The notes under the pieces were generated by a model. The model had not been told where the DNA came from. It did not search any database and saw nothing but the letters and a program-made list of their open reading frames with translations. A stretch of 29,570 nucleotides of DNA, taken from positions 1-29,570 of the forward strand of contig JAZNAU010000030.1 in NCBI GenBank assembly GCA_045586685.1, written 5' to 3'. The stretch's first letter is position 1. Each line of letters opens with the position of its first letter. Shown piece by piece: positions 18,803 through 26,881 of the stretch. The stretch is from Clostridia bacterium (GTDB lineage Bacteria; Bacillota; Clostridia; HGM11514). The position numbers were made by a program, and so were the translations under genes.

Positions 18803-19282
18803 ATGTATCATATTGGAGACAGCGTGGTTTATCCGATGCACGGGGCCGGTGTGATTGTGTCAATAGAAGAACATGAGGTTCTTGGCGAGAAGAAAAAGTA
18901 TTACATCATGGAAATGCCAATCGGCGATATGCGTGTGATGATTCCTATGGATAATTTACAGCAGATTGGAATCCGTGACGTGATTTCTACCCAAAAAGCA
19001 GATGAAGTCCTTCATGCTTTAAAAGATTATAAGGAAGAAGAAACCGCTAACTGGAACAAACGATATCGTGAAAACATGGTCAGAATTAAAAGCGGTGATA
19101 TTTTTGAGGTGTCTCATGTGGTGAAAAGCCTGATGCACAGGGATCATGAAAAGGGGCTTTCTACAGGGGAGCGGAAAATGCTGAACAGTGCAAAACAAAT
19201 TCTGATCAGCGAGCTTGTGATGGCAAAAAAACTTTTGCAAAGCGAAGTAGAGCAGCTTTTAGAAGGGATTTGCTGCAAATAA
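18803..19282 (+). CDS. carD: CarD family transcriptional regulator
   Basis: GDSVVYPMHGAG, NWNKRYR, LSTGERKML. Confidence 0.94.
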   Translation: MYHIGDSVVYPMHGAGVIVSIEEHEVLGEKKKYYIMEMPIGDMRVMIPMDNLQQIGIRDVISTQKADEVLHALKDYKEEETANWNKRYRENMVRIKSGDIFEVSHVVKSLMHRDHEKGLSTGERKMLNSAKQILISELVMAKKLLQSEVEQLLEGICCK

Positions 19283-19291
19283 ACAGACATG

Positions 19292-19322
19292 AAGGGACGC
19301 TCTCACAGCGTTCCTTTTGTTT
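19292..19322 (+). terminator. Terminator-like hairpin between carD and ispD
   Basis: AAGGGACGCT/AGCGTTCCTT stem followed by a T-rich tail. Confidence 0.6.
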
Positions 19323-19338
19323 CGCGAAAGGAACTGAA

Positions 19339-20010
19339 ATGATGGTAAAAGTGAGTGCAATCATTGCAGCAGCAGGAAGCGGAAAACGAATGGGGGCAGG
19401 CAAAAACAAACAATGGATTCTGCTCAAAGGAATTCCCATGCTTGCAAGAACAATCTCTGTATTTCAAGACTGTCCTGTCATTGACGAAATTGTCATTGCG
19501 GCGGCACCGGAAGAAGTGAACGAAACGGAGCAATTAGCAAAGGACTATGCATTTACCAAGGTAAGGGCAGTTGTGGCAGGAGGAAGCACCCGTCAGCAGT
19601 CAGTGCACAATGCTTTGAAAGAAACACAGGGAGACATTGTGCTGGTCCATGACGGAGCAAGACCCTTTGTGACAAGCGAAGAAATTCAAGAGCTGAAAAT
19701 GGCAGTCGAACAATATGGTGCGGCGGCTCTGGGCATGAAAGTAAAAGACACCGTAAAGCTGGTACATTCCGACGGAACAATAGACAAAACCTTGCCCCGT
19801 GAGCAGCTTTGGGCGGCGGCAACCCCTCAGGGATTTTTCAGAGAACGGCTGATGGAGTTGCACGAAATGTGGAATAGGACTTCTGTAACTGATGATTGTA
19901 TGTTGGCAGAGCTTTCGGGAGACAGGGTGAAAATGGTGCTTTGCGGGGGGCAAAATATTAAGATTACTACGCCCGAGGATTTGATTTTTGCGGAGCTGTT
20001 TTTAGAATAA
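19339..20010 (+). CDS. ispD: 2-C-methyl-D-erythritol 4-phosphate cytidylyltransferase
   Basis: AAGSGKRM, VHDGARPF, TDD, NIKITTPED; start ATG 19339 behind AAAGGA. Confidence 0.96.
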   Translation: MMVKVSAIIAAAGSGKRMGAGKNKQWILLKGIPMLARTISVFQDCPVIDEIVIAAAPEEVNETEQLAKDYAFTKVRAVVAGGSTRQQSVHNALKETQGDIVLVHDGARPFVTSEEIQELKMAVEQYGAAALGMKVKDTVKLVHSDGTIDKTLPREQLWAAATPQGFFRERLMELHEMWNRTSVTDDCMLAELSGDRVKMVLCGGQNIKITTPEDLIFAELFLE

Positions 20011-20029
20011 AACAAAAAACGGGATAAAG

Positions 20030-20235
20030 AAGAGGTTCTCGCTTAAATCGATCATTTTTCGTCAAAGACGAAAAATTTCTTTGTTACGATTCGCCATGTT
20101 GAAGGCGACTGACAGGTGTTTGCGACTCCGAAACGGCGGTAACAGAAGTTCCGAAGGAGCCATTACAGATGTCCGAGCCGTAAACTTGGACGCGGTGGGG
20201 GAGCTTGAGGGGCTCGCTGCAGAACCCCCTTGAAA
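20030..20235. other. Hairpin-rich non-coding insert between ispD and ispF
   Basis: Perfect 10-bp stem at 20054-20076 plus further stems (TCGCC/GGCGA, CTCC/GGAG, GTCCGAG/CTTGGAC, AGGGG/CCCCT); boundaries approximate. Confidence 0.5.
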
Positions 20236-20254
20236 AAAGAAAGGAAGAATTACC

Positions 20255-20722
20255 ATGAGAATTGGAAACGGATATGACGTGCACCGTCTGGTAGAGGGCA
20301 GACCTCTTATCCTGGGCGGAGAACAAATTGACCATACCGTAGGGCTGTTGGGTCATTCGGATGCGGATGTACTGGTTCATGCTGTGATGGATGCATTGCT
20401 GGGTGCGGTCGCCTTAGGGGACATTGGAAAGCATTTCCCCGATACTGACCCCAAGTATAAGGGAATTTCCAGTATTCGTCTTTTGGAGCATGTGAGGGAA
20501 CTGATAAAAAATTATGAAATTTGCAATATAGATTCTATTATTGTTGCCCAAAAACCGAAGTTGGCCGGATATCTTCCCGCCATGCGGGAAAACCTTGCTA
20601 AAGCGTTGCAGATTTCCGTTGAGCAGGTAAGCGTGAAGGCCACTACCACGGAACAGTTAGGCTTTGAAGGAAAGGAAGAAGGAATTTCCTCTTATGCAGT
20701 TTGCTTACTGCAGGAAAAATAG
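20255..20722 (+). CDS. ispF: 2-C-methyl-D-erythritol 2,4-cyclodiphosphate synthase
   Basis: [30 protein letters not shown]. Confidence 0.98.
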   Translation: MRIGNGYDVHRLVEGRPLILGGEQIDHTVGLLGHSDADVLVHAVMDALLGAVALGDIGKHFPDTDPKYKGISSIRLLEHVRELIKNYEICNIDSIIVAQKPKLAGYLPAMRENLAKALQISVEQVSVKATTTEQLGFEGKEEGISSYAVCLLQEK

Positions 20723-20751
20723 AGAAAATTTCCTTGCTTTATAAGAAAAGA

Positions 20752-20780
20752 TTGATTTTTTCTTATAAATAAGGTAAAAT
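20752..20780 (+). promoter_or_regulatory. SigA-type promoter of pfkA, overlapped by an inverted repeat at 20738-20769
   Basis: TTGATT-17 bp-TAAAAT; TTTATAAGAAAA/TTTTCTTATAAA arms. Confidence 0.55.
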
Positions 20781-20817
20781 AGTACTATATGGAAAAGGAG
20801 ATACGGAGGCACAGATT

Positions 20818-21810
20818 ATGAGTGACCAAAAAATGATGGAAACCCCACAAAAAACAATCGGTGTTTTAACCAGCGGAGGAGATGCACCCGGTATGAATGC
20901 TGCCATTCGTGCAGTTGTCAGAAGCGGAATTGCCCATGGCATGAAGGTAATGGGAATCCGCAGAGGATATGAAGGGTTAATCAACGGAGATTTGTTTGAA
21001 ATGAGCCTTCGTTCTGTTTCCGATATTTTGCAAAGAGGCGGAACGGTTTTGCAAACCGCAAGAAGCAAGGAATTTGCCACAGAAGAAGGCGTACAAAAAG
21101 CCATTTCCATTGCCAGAGTGTTTGAATTGGACGGGCTTGTGGTAATCGGCGGAGACGGTTCCTTCCGCGGTGCACGGGATTTAAGCACTCACGGTCTTCC
21201 CACCGTCGGCATTCCCGGAACCATTGACAACGATATCGGATGCAGTGAATATACCATCGGGTATGACACTTGTATGAATACCGTATTAAATGCAATCGAC
21301 CGAATCCGTGACACGGCTACCTCCCATGAGCGGTGCAGTGTGGTGGAGGTTATGGGACGAAATGCAGGACATATTGCTTTAAACGTAGGAATCGCTACCG
21401 GTGCGGAAGTCATTGTAATCCCTGAGCTTCCTTATGATTTTGACCGAGATGTATTAAAACCTATTTTTGAAGGGAAAAGCAGAGGCAAAAAACACAATAT
21501 GGTTATCGTGGCAGAAGGTGTGGGAGGCGGTTTGGAAATGGCAAGCCGTATTGAAGAAATGACCGGCATCGAAACCCGTGCAACGGTACTGGGGTATATC
21601 CAAAGAGGCGGAAGTCCTACCGTCCGTGACCGTGTTATTGCAAGCGAGATGGGCGGTAAAGCGGTGGAACTCTTGGCAAACGGCATTGGAAACCGTGTCA
21701 TTGCTTATGTAAACAATCAGATTAAGGATTTTGACATTTTAGAGGGCCTCAGCATGAAGAAAAGCATTGATATGGAGCAATATGAATTGTTTAAGATTTT
21801 GTCCCTGTAA
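20818..21810 (+). CDS. pfkA: ATP-dependent 6-phosphofructokinase
   Basis: TSGGDAPGMNA, GGDGS, TIDND, EVMGR, QRGGSP. Confidence 0.98.
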   Translation: MSDQKMMETPQKTIGVLTSGGDAPGMNAAIRAVVRSGIAHGMKVMGIRRGYEGLINGDLFEMSLRSVSDILQRGGTVLQTARSKEFATEEGVQKAISIARVFELDGLVVIGGDGSFRGARDLSTHGLPTVGIPGTIDNDIGCSEYTIGYDTCMNTVLNAIDRIRDTATSHERCSVVEVMGRNAGHIALNVGIATGAEVIVIPELPYDFDRDVLKPIFEGKSRGKKHNMVIVAEGVGGGLEMASRIEEMTGIETRATVLGYIQRGGSPTVRDRVIASEMGGKAVELLANGIGNRVIAYVNNQIKDFDILEGLSMKKSIDMEQYELFKILSL

Positions 21811-21831
21811 TAATGAAAAACAACGGAAAAT

Positions 21832-21867
21832 AATGATCCCCCCGTACAACGGGGGGTATTTCATTTT
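21832..21867 (+). terminator. Intrinsic terminator of pfkA
   Basis: CCCCCCGT/ACGGGGGG stem then TATTTCATTTT. Confidence 0.8.
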
Positions 21868-21868
21868 C

Positions 21869-22088
21869 GGGCATAGCCCTATCCTCTACTGGCTACGCAC
21901 AAGTGCGTTTTTAATTGGCCTGCCAGCCATGGAATGGCTACTTGTTACCCATAAATAGGCCGTACTGCTCTATCAAGGGGTCCAGGGGCGAAGCCCCTGT
22001 GTCGTTTTAAGGGGTGCGGGGGAAATCGAAATCCCCCGCGTTTTTGCTACTTTTGTCTCACAAAAGTAGGCCCGCCCGGCAGGGCATA
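21869..22088. mobile_element. Putative non-autonomous MITE/REP-like element
   Basis: GGGCATA direct repeat at both ends and at least six internal hairpins; GC-rich against AT-rich flanks; no credible ORF. Confidence 0.5.
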
Positions 22089-22255
22089 CAAAACAAAAAC
22101 TCTGAACAACACCTCCCTGTTTTGCACACTGAAAAACAATAGTAAATTTCTCATTTTGATATATTACTTATATTCTTTACATCTATTCTGTTTCATTTTT
22201 GTTTATCGGTTAACCTTTTTTGAACTACGCGACTATCGTATGGTTTTCGTTAAAC

Positions 22256-22295
22256 AAAAAACACCCTCCCGTAAACTATCTTACGGGAGGGTGTT
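22256..22295 (-). terminator. Intrinsic terminator of the surface-protein gene
   Basis: AACACCCTCCCGTAA/TTACGGGAGGGTGTT 15-bp stem with a T tract on the minus strand. Confidence 0.85.
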
Positions 22296-22339
22296 CCGGT
22301 TTATTGATTTATCACAACATTTGTTGTCACAAACAATTT

Positions 22340-24553
22340 TTATTCAGTAACAGTACCGGTCTTTTCAGTAACAGTACCGGTCTCTACAGCACCCACTTCT
22401 TCACCAACAAAAGGTTGGATTCCATAGGTCTGACCAGCTTTGATTGCTTTACCGAAAACACGGATTGCGAACGGAGCATCGGGAGTAGCAACAGCGATGT
22501 TACCATCGATGTCACGAGCTTCCAATGTTACAACCGCATCAGGTTTTGCTGTGTTCCAAAGCTTGATACCGTAATTCAGGTTTTCACCTACTGTAAAGCT
22601 GTTCAGCTTGCTGTAAACAAATATTGCGAGTCTGTCGCCATGTTTTGCACTGAAGTTAGGTGTTACTGTAGTGATACCTGCATAAACAGGAGGCTTTTCA
22701 GTGAAGGTTACTTTAACAACAGAATTTTCAGTTACCACAAAGGAAACCTCGTTTTGCGCATTCAAGTCTAAAGGACTATCATTTTGTGATACTTCTACAT
22801 TAAAATTACTACCAGGAACAACTCTGAAAGTAACAGTATCGCCGTATTCAACAGTCATGGACTCTGAAGCTTGTTCTTCACCACAGAATACTTTTCCACC
22901 TTCGGGAGTATTAATTTCTAAAGTAACTGTTCTTTTTTGTTTTACAAAGGTTACGTTAACGGCAGTTGCTGCAGTTACATTGCTTACAGTAATAACACCT
23001 TCTACAGGTACTACTGTTTCGCCACCAACTGTTACAGTGCCAATGTCATATCCATTATCAGGAACAATTGTTAATTCCACACTTTCGCCGTATTCAACGG
23101 AAATAGCTTCTGTAACTTCGTCTTCTCCATTCATTACTTTTCCGCCTTCGCCAACGATTACAGTAACATCGTTGGTAATCTTGGTAAAGGTTACGGTAAT
23201 AGTAGTATCTTCTGTTACATTTTCAACAGTAACTGTATCCTCAACAATTTCCAGTTCAGTTTCGCCCTGCATTACTGTTGCGGTATATCCTTCATTTGCA
23301 ACAACAGTTAAGGTCAGGTCTTCTCCTTCTTCAACAGAAATTGGTTCTGTAACAGGTGCTTCGTTATAGGTAACACGTCCGCCTTCAGCATCAGCATCTA
23401 CTGTAACATTGTATGTTGTGCTTACAGTTTGTACAAAGGTTACGTAAACTGTTTTATCTGCATCTGCGGTAACGCTGAATACACCATTGTCATGTGCTAC
23501 TGCTTCACCGCCTACTGTAATTTCAGAAATGCTATAACCTTCTGCAGGAACAGCAGTTAAGGTCACTGCAGAACCGCTATTAACGGTGATGGGTGCAGAA
23601 ACAGGTGCTCCGTTATAAGTTACGCTTCCGCCTTCACCAGTTTCTACAGCAATAGTGTTAGTAGCTATTTTCTTTTCAATTACGATGTTGTCAAGGTATA
23701 TGGTATCGTCCTTCAGTATATTTTCCCCGTTTGCAGGCTTATAACGTTGTCTAAGCTCTAATCCAGATGCCCCAGCAGAGGTTGTATACTCGCAGCCGAT
23801 TGGCTGCCATTCTGTTGTCAACTCTTTAGCAACATCATCTACTATCATGAGGTTTTTGTTACTACCAAGATGTACTCCAAATAATCCTATGTGTTTGCCA
23901 TCAGCGTCCTTATTTCTGCTTGCCTTAGCATCCATAGACAGTCTATAAGTCGCACCGGTTTCATATGTTACCCCCTGCAACATTACAAGCTGCGTACTAC
24001 TAGTCTTGTTCGCTGTCATAGTGGTCTTATATACTTTTGAACCTGTCTCTGAATCGGTAACATATTCACTTGATTTAGTTGTAGTATCAAAATCATTTCT
24101 GATTATGTTAGCTGTATTATGGAGTCCACCCATTGCATCAAAGTCTGCATAAAGAAGATATTCCCATCCTATGTCTGTAAAGACTACCCTAATTTCGGAA
24201 TCGGCAGATACATTTTCTAAGACAGCCTGATTGTTTACAACAGGAATTTTGGTTCCGTTCATTCCATCTAGTGTGCCTTTGTCAGCGGGATCTGCTACTC
24301 TTACATCTGCGTACTTACCGCTTTCAGGAGCTACGGTTAAGATCATGTCAGTACCCGGTTCAACAGCATATGTTTTTTTACTTCCGGATAAAGTGTCATC
24401 ACCACAGGTTGCAGTTCCGCCTTTTCCAACCTTTACGGTAACTTCAAACTCAACCGCTTCTTCTGCAGCACTAACTGATACTGCTGTCATCATACCGATT
24501 AGCATGGTTAATGCCATCAGCAATGATAACACTTTCTTGCTTGTTTGTTTCAT
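22340..24553 (-). CDS. Secreted/surface protein with about five beta-rich bacterial repeat domains (InlB-B/Flg_new-like) and a probable CBM-like domain
   Basis: Signal peptide MKQTSKKVLSLL...VSVSA; about 80-aa repeats (GEGGxV...GxxVTLTxxPxxGY...VxVTF); GATYRLSM...IYLDNIVI resembles CBM_4_9; start could be ATG 24562 instead. Confidence 0.75.
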   Translation of the reverse strand: MKQTSKKVLSLLMALTMLIGMMTAVSVSAAEEAVEFEVTVKVGKGGTATCGDDTLSGSKKTYAVEPGTDMILTVAPESGKYADVRVADPADKGTLDGMNGTKIPVVNNQAVLENVSADSEIRVVFTDIGWEYLLYADFDAMGGLHNTANIIRNDFDTTTKSSEYVTDSETGSKVYKTTMTANKTSSTQLVMLQGVTYETGATYRLSMDAKASRNKDADGKHIGLFGVHLGSNKNLMIVDDVAKELTTEWQPIGCEYTTSAGASGLELRQRYKPANGENILKDDTIYLDNIVIEKKIATNTIAVETGEGGSVTYNGAPVSAPITVNSGSAVTLTAVPAEGYSISEITVGGEAVAHDNGVFSVTADADKTVYVTFVQTVSTTYNVTVDADAEGGRVTYNEAPVTEPISVEEGEDLTLTVVANEGYTATVMQGETELEIVEDTVTVENVTEDTTITVTFTKITNDVTVIVGEGGKVMNGEDEVTEAISVEYGESVELTIVPDNGYDIGTVTVGGETVVPVEGVITVSNVTAATAVNVTFVKQKRTVTLEINTPEGGKVFCGEEQASESMTVEYGDTVTFRVVPGSNFNVEVSQNDSPLDLNAQNEVSFVVTENSVVKVTFTEKPPVYAGITTVTPNFSAKHGDRLAIFVYSKLNSFTVGENLNYGIKLWNTAKPDAVVTLEARDIDGNIAVATPDAPFAIRVFGKAIKAGQTYGIQPFVGEEVGAVETGTVTEKTGTVTE

Positions 24554-24780
24554 TTCTTTCATCCTTTCTTTTTTGGCTTTTTCAAAGCCTATTTTTTTGA
24601 AATTCATTTAAGCTATATATAAAATTTATTATAAAAATAAATTTAGATTTCCACACGATATCATAGTGCTCCGTAATAAAAAACCATGAACTGAAACAAG
24701 GAAAACGCCTATTATGACCGATGCAACACACCTGCCAATCTTTGTTTTAAAAACAACGTTTTCCCGATTATGTAATGAAT

Positions 24781-24999
24781 ATACTATTGTTGTCATACGA
24801 TAGCTGTCAAGTATAACTTCTACTATTATTATACTTAAAATTTGGTAATCTGTCAAGGCTTTTTTTAAAATAAATAATAAATTTTTTTATTCTAAAAAAC
24901 CGCTGTTGATACGGTAAAACAGCTGAATTTTTGCCCGCATTCTGATTGCCGAATTTAATGATTTACCATTATTATACTGAAGAATTTGCACTCTGTCAA
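24781..24999 (-). promoter_or_regulatory. Three stacked SigA promoters for the surface-protein gene
   Basis: TTGACA-17-TATAAT at 24971-24999 and 24828-24856; TTGACA-18-TAGTAT at 24781-24810. Confidence 0.8.
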
Positions 25000-25116
25000 G
25001 CCTTTTTTTTCTAAAATTTTAACAAATTTTAATCAAAAAGTAACATAATGACCCTCTCTGTTTTAAAAATAACGGTTTCCCGTTAGGGAATTGTAAAGAA
25101 AAAAATGGTAATAAGT

Positions 25117-25151
25117 AAAAAATCCGCACACGTTCGCGTACGGATTTTTTT
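25117..25151 (-). terminator. Terminator after the four-helix-bundle gene (may be bidirectional)
   Basis: AAAAAATCCG...CGGATTTTTT inverted repeat. Confidence 0.75.
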
Positions 25152-25177
25152 GGGAAGCAGAACAATAAAGATGCACT

Positions 25178-25522
25178 TTAATTATTATTCTTCTTTGCTG
25201 TATTTATTGATGAAATAAGTATCTTCTTTAATTCAATACAATTTTCAAGAATGGTTTTATCGTCATAATATCCGCTTTCTATGAGAAGTTCTATCCAATA
25301 TTCACTTTCAGAACATTCTTTCAGTGCTATTTGCAGTTTTGCAATAAAATCATTTTTGCCGTGTCCATAAAAGGCTTCCCTGATATTTGCTCCAATACTT
25401 GTACCACTGCGAATAAGTTGATTTGTAAGAACACTTTCTCTTTTTTCACTTTTTACTTTGTTGCATACTTTGATTATATCTAATGCAAATTGCTTTGATT
25501 TTATAAACAACGGACTATCCAT
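25178..25522 (-). CDS. Four-helix-bundle protein (23S rRNA IVS protein / TIGR02436-like)
   Basis: QLIRSGTSIGANIREA, DFIAKLQIALKECSESEYW; start ATG 25522 behind GGGAG. Confidence 0.92.
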   Translation of the reverse strand: MDSPLFIKSKQFALDIIKVCNKVKSEKRESVLTNQLIRSGTSIGANIREAFYGHGKNDFIAKLQIALKECSESEYWIELLIESGYYDDKTILENCIELKKILISSINTAKKNNN

Positions 25523-25656
25523 AAATATTCTCCCTTTCAAAACAAACTCGTTAAGCGAGTTTGCACCTAACCTCTTCCTTATTCACTATTCCTTTTTACC
25601 TTCCAAAAATCGACAAGGCTTTTTAAGTAATAGTGAAGAGTGAACAGGTAATAAGT

Positions 25657-25692
25657 AAAATCGACATCCCTCTGTCGAAGAATGTCGATTTT
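25657..25692 (-). terminator. Terminator directly 3' of the tRNA CCA end
   Basis: AAAATCGACAT/ATGTCGATTTT inverted repeat. Confidence 0.8.
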
Positions 25693-25737
25693 TGGTACAC
25701 CATCAGGGACTCGAACCCTGGACACCCTGATTAAGAG
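25693..25737 (-). pseudogene. 3' half of tRNA-Lys(CTT), an att-site remnant
   Basis: Minus strand reads CTCTTAA-TCAGG-GTGTC-CAGGG-TTCGAGT-CCCTG-ATGGTGT-ACCA; no D-arm or 5' anticodon stem upstream. Confidence 0.92.
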
Positions 25738-25981
25738 GGTGAGTGTATCCTTTTTACTTAGAATTATTTTGTATTATGTATCCTTATTTGATGTTATTAA
25801 AAAAGGTGTAACAACCTACATTATCAGCATTTTTACCCATATAATGTTCTACTATAGGGCAAAAGCATAATTTCTCTAAAAAAAGTATTTTTGTTTGAAA
25901 AATGTTAGAAAGCTTCCGTTAATGCATTATATATTTAAATGAGTTCATAAAGAAAATTGATTTAAGTATATAATTATCATT

Positions 25982-26053
25982 TTAAGTACCAAGACAAGCT
26001 TATCATCAGGCGTTACTGTATAAGTCTGATAATAGGCTTGTCTTAGTATTTAA
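25982..26053. repeat. Long imperfect inverted repeat (29-nt arms, 14-nt loop)
   Basis: Paired by hand: 24 Watson-Crick, 3 G-T and 2 C-A positions. Confidence 0.9.
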
Positions 26054-26112
26054 GAATATTTTATATTACAATACTAAAACCGCTGCCGTAGCATGAAAAC
26101 AAAGGAGATATT

Positions 26113-26271
26113 ATGTATTACATAGGAAAATTTTATGGGTTTCTTCTCTTTAAAGAGGATGACGGAAAAGTTCGTATTTCTCAGGGTTCATCTACATTTA
26201 TAGAGAAGTATAAAAACATCGATGAAGCAAAAGAACAAATAAGAAAATGGAAAGGAAAACACAATGCTTAA
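26113..26271 (+). CDS. Small hypothetical protein, 52 aa (MYYIGKFYGFLLFKEDDGK...WKGKHNA), not in the ORF track
   Basis: AAGGAG RBS, ATG 26113, TAA 26269-26271. Confidence 0.65.
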   Translation: MYYIGKFYGFLLFKEDDGKVRISQGSSTFIEKYKNIDEAKEQIRKWKGKHNA

Positions 26272-26474
26272 AAAAACACGAACTAAAAATTGAAAAGGTA
26301 ATAGAAAAATATTATGACTTATTTGAGTTAGACAGAGAACTAACGCCTGAAGAAAAACACTTTATGAAGTATTTAGAACTTGATTTTGCAAAAGCCCTAC
26401 TTGAAGACTTTAATAAGGAAACTATTTACAAATTAGCAAAGAAACTTTTATTATACATTGAATACAAGTCTTAA
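26247..26474 (+). CDS. Hypothetical phage protein; start uncertain, possible frameshift
   Basis: 75-aa ORF co-oriented with neighbours; a better RBS-ATG at 26264 is out of frame by one base. Confidence 0.55.
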   Translation: MERKTQCLKKHELKIEKVIEKYYDLFELDRELTPEEKHFMKYLELDFAKALLEDFNKETIYKLAKKLLLYIEYKS

Positions 26475-26521
26475 AATGAGAATTTTATTGACAATTTGAA
26501 AGGAGAAAAACAAAAAACGTA

Positions 26522-26881
26522 ATGAATGAAAAAATCATTAGACCGGGTGTGATTCAAAGAATATTTAATTTAACCAAAAGCAGAAAACAAAATCATAGTA
26601 TAGAAACAATCAGCGAGATTTTAACTGCCTTTTTTGATGTGGTTGAGAATTCTATATCAATAGGAAATACTATTGTTCTTAATGGATATATGATAATTGA
26701 ACCTCGACATAGACCGCAGAAAGAGATTTATTGTGCAGGTAAAGGTAAAGAGATTACCATTCCCGAACAGTATAGGGTGTATATTAAACCGGGTTCAAAA
26801 CTTGCAACAGCAGCAAAACGTTATACAGAAAAGAAGTTAGGAGCAATGAATGAACAGTATAAGCAAAAAAGAATTGATTGA
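26522..26881 (+). CDS. Divergent HU/IHF family DNA-binding protein
   Basis: Helix-helix region then IGNTIVLNGYMIIEPRHRP...GKEITIPEQYRVYIKPGSKL, matching the HU arm pattern (G..I.IP....V.FKPGK.L). Confidence 0.8.
   Translation: MNEKIIRPGVIQRIFNLTKSRKQNHSIETISEILTAFFDVVENSISIGNTIVLNGYMIIEPRHRPQKEIYCAGKGKEITIPEQYRVYIKPGSKLATAAKRYTEKKLGAMNEQYKQKRID

Noticed and set aside
20062-20380. Minus-strand ORFs across the ispD-ispF spacer
   Set aside because: Short, overlap ispF antisense, no RBS or transposase motifs
22701-23369. 222-aa plus-strand ORF (also 22220-22771 and 24231-24611)
   Set aside because: Antisense shadows of the Val/Thr-rich surface-protein gene; no RBS or family motifs
25693-25770. 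Intact or intron-containing tRNA gene
   Set aside because: No D-arm or 5' acceptor strand upstream; the break is at the 5' edge of the anticodon loop and no group I core was recognised
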